This document shows, piece after piece, positions 1 through 7,795 of a DNA stretch of 64,000 nt. The notes beneath the pieces were generated by a model. That model worked only from the letters and a program-made list of their open reading frames with translations. It searched no databases and had not been told where the DNA came from. The translations under genes were made by a program, and so were the position numbers. Source of the DNA: Occultella glacieicola (lineage in GTDB: Bacteria; Actinomycetota; Actinomycetes; Actinomycetales; Beutenbergiaceae); contig NZ_SMNA01000005.1 of the NCBI RefSeq assembly GCF_004353825.1, forward strand, positions 248,001 to 312,000. Direction: 5' to 3'. The stretch's first letter is position 1. Every line of letters begins with the position of its first letter.

Positions 1-192
1 GAACTCCGGGGTGAGGACGCTGGCCATCCGTTCCTTGCCTCCGGCGATCTGCAGCTTGGTGGCGTAGTCGGCCTCGCTCCAATGCAGGTCGACCCCGACG
101 TGTTCGAACGTGGCGTTGAACGCGACCCGATGCCCGTCCCGTTCGGTGTCCGCGAGCACACCGTCGCAGTCGAAGATCAGCGTGGCGCTCAC
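1..192 (-). CDS. HAD-superfamily hydrolase, CbbY-like (5' part only; runs off the window edge)
   Basis: Manual translation from GTG at 192: MSATLIFDCDGVLADTERDGHRVAFNATF...LQIAGGKERM. DxDG HAD motif I plus the GHRVAFN and GGKER CbbY-type motifs; GTGA overlap with the aldolase stop. Confidence 0.85.
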   Translation of the reverse strand, partial: MSATLIFDCDGVLADTERDGHRVAFNATFEHVGVDLHWSEADYATKLQIAGGKERMASVLTPEF

Positions 193-1052
193 AAGACCTC
201 CCAGGCCTTCCCGGCGCTGCCGAACATCCGGATGTGCTCGGCGGCCATCTCCTGCACCGCCGCGTGCTGCGCCCGGAACAACGAGGGCGGGTCGTAGGTG
301 CCGGGGTTGGCGCTCATGTAGTCGTAGCCGGAGGACATGAACCGGATCTTCAGCGCCGTGGAGATGTTCACCTTCGCGCAGCCGCGGGCGATCAGGTCGG
401 CGAACTGGTCCTCGCTCATCCCGGTGCCGCCGTGCAGGGCCACCGGGATCCCGGCCCGCTCGACGATGTCGGTCACCCGCTGGTTGTCCAGCGTGGGGGT
501 GGCGCGGTACATGCCGTGGGCGTTGCCGATGGCGGGGGCGAACACGTCCACGCCGGTGGCCTCGATGAACGCCAGCGCGGTCTCCAGGCTGAGCTCGGGC
601 GGCGGGGCGTTCCCGGTCAGGTCCTCCACCCGGGCGAACGGCTCGATCTCACCCTCGACCAGGGCGCCGTAGTCGCGAGCCTGAGCGACCACCTCGACGC
701 ACTGGCGCTGGTTCTCCTCGACGCTCAACTTCGAACCGTCGAAGAGCACCGAGTTCCACCCCGCCCGCAGGCACGCGGTGATCAGGTCCCGGTCCGGGCA
801 GTGGTCCAGGTGCAGCGCCACGGGCACGCTCACCGCCTCGGCCAGCTCGGCCCAGAGCACGTAGAGCACGTTCACGCCCATCGCCTCGACCGTCTTCACC
901 GACGTCTGCACGATCAGCGGCGCCTGCAGCTCCTGAGCCGCGGCGAGCACGGCCGCCATGGTCAGGTCGTTGACCACGTTGATCGCGGCGACCCCGTAGC
1001 GCTCCTCGAACGCCCGGTCCACGATGTCCTGCGTTCGCACGATCGGCATCAT
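189..1052 (-). CDS. Class II fructose/tagatose-bisphosphate aldolase
   Basis: HLDH, FDGS, EGEI, IGNAHG, LHGGTG and KVNIST motifs; alternative ATG at 1049. Confidence 0.93.
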   Translation of the reverse strand: MMPIVRTQDIVDRAFEERYGVAAINVVNDLTMAAVLAAAQELQAPLIVQTSVKTVEAMGVNVLYVLWAELAEAVSVPVALHLDHCPDRDLITACLRAGWNSVLFDGSKLSVEENQRQCVEVVAQARDYGALVEGEIEPFARVEDLTGNAPPPELSLETALAFIEATGVDVFAPAIGNAHGMYRATPTLDNQRVTDIVERAGIPVALHGGTGMSEDQFADLIARGCAKVNISTALKIRFMSSGYDYMSANPGTYDPPSLFRAQHAAVQEMAAEHIRMFGSAGKAWEVL

Positions 1053-1065
1053 CCACCTCCGGCTC

Positions 1066-2052
1066 TCATGACTCCTGCGCCCGGTCCGCCCGCGCCCCCG
1101 ACTGCAGGTTGAGGACGGCCCGGGCGTTGGGCTCGTCCACCACGAGCGCGTCGACGATGCCGGCGCGCAACACCCCGAGGATCGCCAGCGGCTTCTCCGG
1201 TCCGCACGCGACGGCCACGACGGCGGGGATGTTCCGCAGTTCAGTCAGCGACAACCCCATCACCCGTTCCGAGTGAGGCGCGGTGATCGCAGCACCCGCG
1301 GCGTCGAGGTAGGTCCCGAGCACGTCCCCGACCGCACCGCGCGCCCGCAGCCGCGCGATCTCGGCGGCGGACAGGCAGCCGGACCGCACCATGGTGCACT
1401 CGTCGTCGGTCCCGCCGATCCCCACGAGGGCCAGCGCCGCCGTCGCGGCGAGATCGAAGACGCCCCCGACGGCGTCCTGCCGGCGCAGTTGGTCCCGCAC
1501 CTGGCCGTCGGCCACGTAGGCGGGCGCATAGAGACTGTGCGCGGTGCCGTCGGCGGCGTCCGCGAGCACCCGGGCGATCTCGTTCGGGTTGGTCGGAGCG
1601 TCGACCGACGGCGATCCGCCCATCGCGCTGACGAACACGCACCCGGTGGCGGTGGGCTCCCGGAACGCGGCGGCCAGCGCGGCCAGGTCTCGCCCGTGCC
1701 CGACAGCCACCCGCTGCCCGTCCGCCAGGCGCCGCTCCAGGTACCGGGCCGCGCTGCGGCCCACCAGCGCGCGCTGCTCGGCCGGCTCCGCGGCGGCGGG
1801 CGCCACGATCGCGTGGCGGAGCCCGAAGACCTCGGCGAGGCGGTCCTCGAGGCCGAGGTCGAGCCCGCGCGGGGTGTCGATGTGGATGTCGACGACGCCG
1901 GTGGCCCGGGCCCGCTCGAGCAGCCGGCCGACCTTGGGCCGGGACAGCGCGAACTCCTCGGCGATCTGCTCCTGGGTGCGGGCGTCCACATAGGACCGGT
2001 GCGCGATCCGGGCGAGCAGTTCGTGCTCGTCAGGATTCAGTCCCACGGGCAT
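1066..2052 (-). CDS. SorC/DeoR-family sugar-binding transcriptional regulator
   Basis: N-terminal HTH (TQEQIAEEFALSRPKVGRLLERAR) plus sugar-binding domain (ALVGIG, GAVGDV, EKPLAILGVLR, LVVDE). Confidence 0.92.
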   Translation of the reverse strand: MPVGLNPDEHELLARIAHRSYVDARTQEQIAEEFALSRPKVGRLLERARATGVVDIHIDTPRGLDLGLEDRLAEVFGLRHAIVAPAAAEPAEQRALVGRSAARYLERRLADGQRVAVGHGRDLAALAAAFREPTATGCVFVSAMGGSPSVDAPTNPNEIARVLADAADGTAHSLYAPAYVADGQVRDQLRRQDAVGGVFDLAATAALALVGIGGTDDECTMVRSGCLSAAEIARLRARGAVGDVLGTYLDAAGAAITAPHSERVMGLSLTELRNIPAVVAVACGPEKPLAILGVLRAGIVDALVVDEPNARAVLNLQSGARADRAQES

Positions 2053-2068
2053 GGCCGACTCCGAAACC

Positions 2069-2108
2069 TGAGCATCCGCTCACCACTGAGCGGATGCTCG
2101 CCACGGTA
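2069..2108 (-). promoter_or_regulatory. Tandem palindromic operator and probable -10 of the SorC-type operon
   Basis: GAGCATCCGCTCA-ccac-TGAGCGGATGCTC perfect 13-bp inverted repeat (2070-2099); each arm is itself TGAGC-N4-GCTC(A/G). TACCGT on the minus strand at 2103-2108. Could also act as a hairpin terminator. Confidence 0.6.
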
Positions 2109-2235
2109 GCAGCGCGCGAACCGGATCGGAAGGGGCGCACTGACGCTGAACTCAATGCAGAAGATCGACGATGCGCTCCGTGTCGCGCTGGCCCTCCGTG
2201 TTGGCCGGAGCAGCGGGCGATCTGGCCGGGAGGCA

Positions 2236-4314
2236 TCAGTACGGGAAGCGACCCCCGCCCTGGCCGAGCCCGGTACCGCCGTCGGGCAGTAGGGCGGCCG
2301 CCGGGTCGGAGGCGAGCGCGGCACCGGAGTCCACGACGGTCGGCGCTTCGAACGTCGCCACCCCTTCCTCGGGGACCAGCCGCAGCCGCGGGGTCGGCCG
2401 CGGCGCCCCCTTCGCCACGGCGTCGTCGGCGGTCCAGTCGTCGACTAGAGTGAGCAGCTCATCGACCAGGTGGTTGATCCGATTCCGCTGCCCGGCACCC
2501 GGCTGGTAGGAGGGCAGCGGCGCCTCGGCGCCGGAGCCGGCCAGGTCGGCGTAGTCCGTGGCGCCCGGAACCGGCGTCCGGTAGCCGGTCCCCCATGCGC
2601 CCAGCCAACCGTGCAGGCCGGTGGTCGAAGTTCGCATCCGGATCCACCGATGGTTCTCGAACCCGTAGCCGGGCGTGACACCGGGATCCTCGCCAGCGAA
2701 CTGGTCCACGAGTTTCACCGCGCCGGCCCGGCCGCGGGCGGCGAGGGCGTCGACGATCTCCTTGGGCATGGCCAGGTTCATCCCGCCCTCGGCACCGGAG
2801 TGGTAGATGGTGACCACCCGGTCCCGGTAGCCGGGCAGGACCAGTTGGGCGTTGTCGACCCACACCTGGGAGGTGGTCACCAGGGCGTGCGCGAACCCGA
2901 GCAGTCCGGGCAGGCCCCTCGGCGTGAGCGAGTGCCAGTGGCGCAGCGCGCCGACGGCGTTGTGGGTGGGCAGGAACGTGTTCTTGGCCGGGTCCGGGTC
3001 GGGGGCCCGGCCCTCGGCGAGCTGGCCGAGGTTGATCGCGAACGTGGGCCGCTTCGGCAGCGGGCTGTCGAAGAAGTGCACGGGCAGGTTCGCGCACAGT
3101 CCGCCGTCGGAGAACCAGTTCGGTTCGAACTGCGGCAGCGCGACAAGCGCGGCGAGCGCCTCCTCGACATCCGCGTCCGGGTGCCCACCCAGCCACGCCT
3201 CGGCCTCTTTGCGGTACCGGGCGTTCTCGGCCCGGCTGAAGTCGATCGCCTCCAGCGGTACCGCCGAGATCAGCACCGGGAAGCTCAGGCTCATCCGGGT
3301 CGCGACCACGATCGGGACGTCCGCCGGCGCCGGGAACGGAACCAGCCCGCGGCGCCGCGCACAGGCGTGGGTGAGCTCGGTGTACCGGTCCCGGACCGTG
3401 CCGCCGGTGACGGTGGGCGGGTGCGCCTCGATCCAGGCGACCACATCGTCCGGGAAGTAGCGCCGCCACAGCGCCGGGTCCAGGTAGTACCCGCGGGCCT
3501 CCCACGGCATCGACATCGGCTGGTACCGGGTCACGTTCGTGGTCATCATCCGCAGCGTGATCCCGGCGGCGGCGAGCTGCCCGAACGTCACCGGTCCCGC
3601 GCCGGAGCCACCGGCAGCGCCGGAGCCACCGGCAGCGCTGGCAGCGCCGGACCCGCGGCGCCCGGCCATCGTCTGGATCCGCTCGTGCAGCCACGGGGTC
3701 AGCGCGGGCGCATTGCGGCCCCCGTACCCGGCCATCCCGGTGCACATCCCCCACCCCTGCAGCCGGCCGAGCAGCCCGCCGGCGGCGATGACGAGACCGA
3801 ACACGGCACCGAGCAGGGCCAGGACCACCCCGGCGAGCACCCCGGCCCACCGGCCACCGCCGCCGCCGGAGATGCCGGCGACCACCGCGAGCACCGCGCC
3901 CGGCAGGGCGCCGAGCACCAACGCCCACCAGAACCAACGCAACGTTGCGAACACCTTCGCACGCACCGCCGTCGACCCCTTCGAGCCCATCCCGGCGGTG
4001 GCGACCCCGAACAGCGGGGCCGCCGCCCGGGTCGGCTGGAACAGCCGGAACAGGGTGGACCCACCGGCGGGCGACGGTGCGGTGATGTCGTCCGGCATCC
4101 GCTCCAGCTCGGCGAACCCGCCGCTCGCGCGACCGAGTTCGGCGGCGGCGGCCGCGGCGGCGGCAATCGCCCCGGCGGAGGCGCCACCGACCGACCGCAG
4201 CCGGTAGGTGCGGGCCAGTTCGGTGACCGCCCGCGGGTAGATCACCCCGGAGGTGATCCCGCCCTTCATCACGAGGTCACACTCCAGTTTCGGGTCCGAC
4301 CAGTCCTGACTCAC
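2236..4314 (-). CDS. Patatin-like phospholipase with inserted transmembrane hairpin (about 692 aa)
   Basis: MKGGITSG glycine loop, GASAG nucleophile elbow, FSDGG catalytic Asp motif; two hydrophobic helices at about 3760-3940. GTG start at 4314 with CAGGAGG RBS; the ORF-track start at 4449 overlaps the HNH gene. Confidence 0.88.
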   Translation of the reverse strand: MSQDWSDPKLECDLVMKGGITSGVIYPRAVTELARTYRLRSVGGASAGAIAAAAAAAAELGRASGGFAELERMPDDITAPSPAGGSTLFRLFQPTRAAAPLFGVATAGMGSKGSTAVRAKVFATLRWFWWALVLGALPGAVLAVVAGISGGGGGRWAGVLAGVVLALLGAVFGLVIAAGGLLGRLQGWGMCTGMAGYGGRNAPALTPWLHERIQTMAGRRGSGAASAAGGSGAAGGSGAGPVTFGQLAAAGITLRMMTTNVTRYQPMSMPWEARGYYLDPALWRRYFPDDVVAWIEAHPPTVTGGTVRDRYTELTHACARRRGLVPFPAPADVPIVVATRMSLSFPVLISAVPLEAIDFSRAENARYRKEAEAWLGGHPDADVEEALAALVALPQFEPNWFSDGGLCANLPVHFFDSPLPKRPTFAINLGQLAEGRAPDPDPAKNTFLPTHNAVGALRHWHSLTPRGLPGLLGFAHALVTTSQVWVDNAQLVLPGYRDRVVTIYHSGAEGGMNLAMPKEIVDALAARGRAGAVKLVDQFAGEDPGVTPGYGFENHRWIRMRTSTTGLHGWLGAWGTGYRTPVPGATDYADLAGSGAEAPLPSYQPGAGQRNRINHLVDELLTLVDDWTADDAVAKGAPRPTPRLRLVPEEGVATFEAPTVVDSGAALASDPAAALLPDGGTGLGQGGGRFPY
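3601..3650. repeat. Short 18-bp tandem repeat encoding a (GGSGAA)n linker in the patatin
   Basis: gccggagccaccggcagc x2 plus a degenerate third copy. Confidence 0.7.
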
Positions 4315-4336
4315 GACGACCTCCTGGGGTGGGGGC

Positions 4337-5191
4337 TCAGTCCGGCGGGAACAGCCGGTCGTAGTAGGCGGCGACCACCTGCTTGGCCATCGCCGTGTAG
4401 GGCGCGTCGTCCGCGACGAACGTGGCGACGTCGGCCACGCCTCGCGCAAACTGGTCCCGCAGGTCCTGATCGTCCGGATGCCGCCCGATCGCCTCCTTCA
4501 GGAAGGCCAGGCTCTCCAGGTGACCGCGCAGCGCACGCACCACCCGCCGTCGGGTCTCGACCAGCCCACGCCGCTGCAGCGCGCACACGGCGATGGTGGT
4601 CTCCCCCTTGCGGCTCGTCCGCCCGGAGGCGTACCGGTGCGGGAGCACCCACCCCTCGTCGATGCCGGTGGTCTGCCACACGAAGTCGAGGTGCTTCTCG
4701 GGGAAGTCGAGGTAGGGATGCAGGAGCAGCCGCTCCTCCCGCGCCTCCTGCCCCGGTGCGGTGGCCCGGTCGGCCTCGTCACCGATCGGGAACGCGTTCG
4801 CCTTGCCCGCGGTCGCCCGGACGCCGGGCAGGTCCTGCCCCCGGGGGCTGTTGCAGTCCGTGCAGGAGGGCAGCAGGTTGTCCCACTGCGACGCGAGCCA
4901 GTAGTAGCCGGGCGGGGTGCGCACACCGTCGATGGTCACCTCACCCTTGGGCCGGTAGTGCTCGACGGCGACCGGCTGGGTCGCGAGGTAGGAGGACTCG
5001 CAGTAGGCGCACTTGAAGCCGAAGGCCGCCTCGAGGGCGTCCTTCACGTCCGGCGCCTTGTAGATGGCGTACTTGTTGTACTTGTCCACGCCGTTCCAGG
5101 TCGCATAGAACGCGGCCGCGCGGGTGCGTTCGCGCACGGCGCGGTCGGAGGACAACGTGGCCGGCTCGGGCGGGCGCGGCACCCGTCTCAT
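4337..5191 (-). CDS. HNH endonuclease, Septu PtuB / retron-associated HNH type (284 aa)
   Basis: KCAYCES...VEHYRPKG...YYWLASQWDNLLPSCTDCN: two CxxC pairs and an intact H-N-N core. ATG at 5191 overlaps the upstream stop (ATGA). Confidence 0.88.
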   Translation of the reverse strand: MRRVPRPPEPATLSSDRAVRERTRAAAFYATWNGVDKYNKYAIYKAPDVKDALEAAFGFKCAYCESSYLATQPVAVEHYRPKGEVTIDGVRTPPGYYWLASQWDNLLPSCTDCNSPRGQDLPGVRATAGKANAFPIGDEADRATAPGQEAREERLLLHPYLDFPEKHLDFVWQTTGIDEGWVLPHRYASGRTSRKGETTIAVCALQRRGLVETRRRVVRALRGHLESLAFLKEAIGRHPDDQDLRDQFARGVADVATFVADDAPYTAMAKQVVAAYYDRLFPPD

Positions 5192-7206
5192 CGCTTCGCC
5201 CCCGACGCCCGAGACGTCGCAGCCGCCCCCGCGGCCCCGGGCAGTCGCGCGGTCCACAGGGCCGCGAGGTCCTCGGTGACTTCCGCGGAGGTGCGCTCGA
5301 CGGCGTCCCCGACCTGACGCCGTCGGGCGATGAACTCGTCGGCGGCGGCGAGCAGCAGGCGGTCCCGCTCGGTGGTGCCGAGCACCCCGATCTCGTCGAG
5401 GCGGGCACGGACCCGGTCCAGCTCGGCCCGCTGGTCGGCGGACCGGCGGGTCAGTCCCTGGAGCCGGTAGTAGGTCGCCCACAGGTCGTCGAGCTCGGGG
5501 TCGTCGGTGCTGCCCAGGCCGAAGTGTTCGGAGGTGAGCAGCTGGTCCACCCGCATGCCCTGCACCGAGGGCAGGTCCGTGATCGCGATGACGTCGGCCT
5601 CGGCGTTGCGGCGGATCACGGTGACCTCGCCGTCGAGCAGGCCGCGCAGGCACAGCGGGTCGTGGGTGGACACGATGAACTGGACCCTCGGCATCAGGAC
5701 GCGCAGCGCGGTCACGATCCGCATCCGCCAGCGTGGGTGCAGGTGCGCACCGAGCTCGTCGATGAGCACGATCCCCTCCGCCAGCTCCACCCGGTCCCAG
5801 CGGGTCAGGACGGTGCGCAGCACGTCGCAGGCCAGCACCAGCATCGACTGGTAGCCGTCGCTGAGCTCGGTCAGCTCGGCGACGGAGTTCAGCTGGTGGA
5901 TCCGCACCACCCGGCGCCGGCGGTCCGCCTCGATGCGGGCGGTCTCGGAGAGCGCAAGCAGGTCCACGAGGCCCTCGGTGACGTCGGCGAACACCGGTTC
6001 CGTCAGGGACAACAGCCAGTGGGTGGGGTCGGTGAGCGGGCGGAACGGGTCGAACAGGTTGTCCACCCAGGCGCTCGCGTGGTCGGTGCGCTCGGGGACC
6101 GGCTCCCGGGGCAGCAGCCGGGTCGCGCCGTAGCCGAGGAGCAGCACCGGGGCGGCCTCGGGCCCGGTGAACTCGGTGTCCCCGGTGCGCCAGGAGAGTT
6201 CGAGCGGGCGCGCCTCCCCGGTGAGGTAGACCTGCACCCGGCCCACCCGCGCGCGGTGGCGCAGGTAGGCGCCGGCGTCCATGGCGAGCTCGCGTCGGTA
6301 GGCGCCGCCGATGAGGGTGAGCGCGATCGCGTGCAGGATCGAGGACTTGCCGCACCCGTTCTCCCCGAGCAGCACGGTCCACGGACCCTCCTGGCTCGTC
6401 GACTTGGAGAAGTCCAGGTCCAGATCCCGGATCGGCCGGAAGTTCTCGATGACCACCCGGTCGATCCACTTCGCCGCGCCGTAGTAGCTCGGCGCCTGGG
6501 TGGGCGCGAGCGGGAGGTTCAGGTCGTAGCTCGGCCGGGGCAACGCGACTGCGGGGGTGTGCCCGACACCGCGTTCGGTCATCGACGGGAACACCGCTGC
6601 GGCCGGGGCCGGTCCGCCCGGCGCGCCTGCGCCGGCCGGCGTCGGAGTGGCCCCGATCTGCCGGGCGCGCCGCTGCACGAGGGCCGACCGGTTCAGCGCC
6701 AGCACCTCGATGGTGACCCGCCCGCGTTCGCTGGCGCCGGCCACGGTGCCGTCGGTCTGGTAGAGGAGGTGGGCGCCGAGGTCCTCCCGGCCCGGGTCCA
6801 GGAGCAGCGCGTCCTCGCTCGCCCACGGTTCATCGGCGTCGGAACGGGCGCCGCGGACCGGGAACCGGCTGCCCTTGGCCCGCACGCAGTCCACGCAGGC
6901 GGGCAGCAGGTTCGTCCAGGTGTATTCCAGCCACCGGTAGTGGCCCGGGCTCACCGACCCGTCCTCGCCGACGGCGTTGCCGGGCGGGCGGTGGTGCGTC
7001 ACAACCGCGGTGGTCACCTCGAGCGGGGACTCGCAGTAGGCGCAGCGGTCGCCGGTCATCTCCAGGAGGCGCTCGATGATCGCCTGCGGCGCCGGCCCGG
7101 GGGCGATCTTGGTGGCCGCCGCCTCGTGCTCGCGCGATGTCAGGCCCGCGTTCTGCGAGCGGGCGCGGGCGAGTTCCTCGGGTTCTGCTGGGCGCACGAG
7201 TCGCAT
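5188..7206 (-). CDS. N-terminal HNH-like domain fused to an ABC/AAA_21-type ATPase (Septu PtuA-like), 672 aa
   Basis: N-terminus RCAYCES...THHRPPG...WTNLLPACVDC. C-terminus IENFRPI, Walker A GENGCGKS, signature LSDGYQS, Walker B IVLIDE, HLHPRW, H-loop STHDP and a DQLLTSEHFGL tail. GGAGG RBS. Confidence 0.88.
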   Translation of the reverse strand: MRLVRPAEPEELARARSQNAGLTSREHEAAATKIAPGPAPQAIIERLLEMTGDRCAYCESPLEVTTAVVTHHRPPGNAVGEDGSVSPGHYRWLEYTWTNLLPACVDCVRAKGSRFPVRGARSDADEPWASEDALLLDPGREDLGAHLLYQTDGTVAGASERGRVTIEVLALNRSALVQRRARQIGATPTPAGAGAPGGPAPAAAVFPSMTERGVGHTPAVALPRPSYDLNLPLAPTQAPSYYGAAKWIDRVVIENFRPIRDLDLDFSKSTSQEGPWTVLLGENGCGKSSILHAIALTLIGGAYRRELAMDAGAYLRHRARVGRVQVYLTGEARPLELSWRTGDTEFTGPEAAPVLLLGYGATRLLPREPVPERTDHASAWVDNLFDPFRPLTDPTHWLLSLTEPVFADVTEGLVDLLALSETARIEADRRRRVVRIHQLNSVAELTELSDGYQSMLVLACDVLRTVLTRWDRVELAEGIVLIDELGAHLHPRWRMRIVTALRVLMPRVQFIVSTHDPLCLRGLLDGEVTVIRRNAEADVIAITDLPSVQGMRVDQLLTSEHFGLGSTDDPELDDLWATYYRLQGLTRRSADQRAELDRVRARLDEIGVLGTTERDRLLLAAADEFIARRRQVGDAVERTSAEVTEDLAALWTARLPGAAGAAATSRASGAKR

Positions 7207-7312
7207 GGGACCTCCGCCGACCGGTGGGCGACATCATCCCACCGGGCGGGTGGCTCCGGTGGGCGTTTGCCAGCGAAGAGGCGGCCGCGAGGGCCGTGAT
7301 ACGGCAGGCGGG

Positions 7313-7552
7313 TCAGGACCGGCTGATGTTCGGCAGTGCGGCGAGCGCGGTGTCCCCGGCGGCGTCGCGGTGCAGCATCGGCACGATCACCCAGCCGGGT
7401 CCGGCGCCACCGGGCCCGGTGACGTGGGCGGACTCGTCATCTGGGGTGGTCCAGTCGGATCGTCGCCATTCGGTCACCACGGCGTCGGCGACATCCCCCA
7501 GCTTCATCACGTGGTCGAGATCGCACACCCACGCACACGCTGTCTCACCCAT
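7313..7552 (-). CDS. Small hypothetical protein (79 aa), co-oriented upstream of the HNH-ATPase operon
   Basis: ATG preceded by GGGGAG; no recognisable domain. Confidence 0.4.
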   Translation of the reverse strand: MGETACAWVCDLDHVMKLGDVADAVVTEWRRSDWTTPDDESAHVTGPGGAGPGWVIVPMLHRDAAGDTALAALPNISRS

Positions 7553-7662
7553 GTGCCCACTCCCCGATTCGATCCAATTCGTTCCCTTGAGCGCTCTTCA
7601 CGCTAGTCCGGGATGTGATACAGAGCACTAGTGGGATCGGGTGATCTTGGGGCTGGACGCTC

Positions 7663-7698
7663 CTCACCCCGGGGTGAGCTCGGGGTGAGGTCTCACCC
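7663..7698. promoter_or_regulatory. Array of four GGGTGAG heptamers (probable regulator binding site)
   Basis: Perfect 16-bp palindrome CTCACCCCGGGGTGAG (7663-7678) followed by GGGTGAG-gt-CTCACCC (7683-7698), in the divergent intergenic region. Confidence 0.5.
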
Positions 7699-7795
7699 TC
7701 CTCCAACCGGATCGGCGGACTCGCCACCGGCGGGCCCCTTCCCTGGCACGATCACTGGTGGCCGAGGCGACGGACGAGGACGGGAGCACTCGATC

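Noticed and set aside
2470..5016. 848-aa + strand ORF
   Set aside because: Antisense shadow of the patatin/HNH genes, as expected at very high GC; no domain motifs.
4337..6826. 829-aa ORF-track call
   Set aside because: Only the last 284 aa (from ATG 5191) are a real HNH protein; the rest is an off-frame Arg/Pro/Gly-rich shadow of the ATPase gene.
2236..7700. Retron type I-A or CBASS interpretation of the ATPase/HNH/patatin operon
   Set aside because: No reverse transcriptase (no YADD-type ORF), no convincing msr/msd long inverted repeats, and no CD-NTase ORF in or next to the operon.
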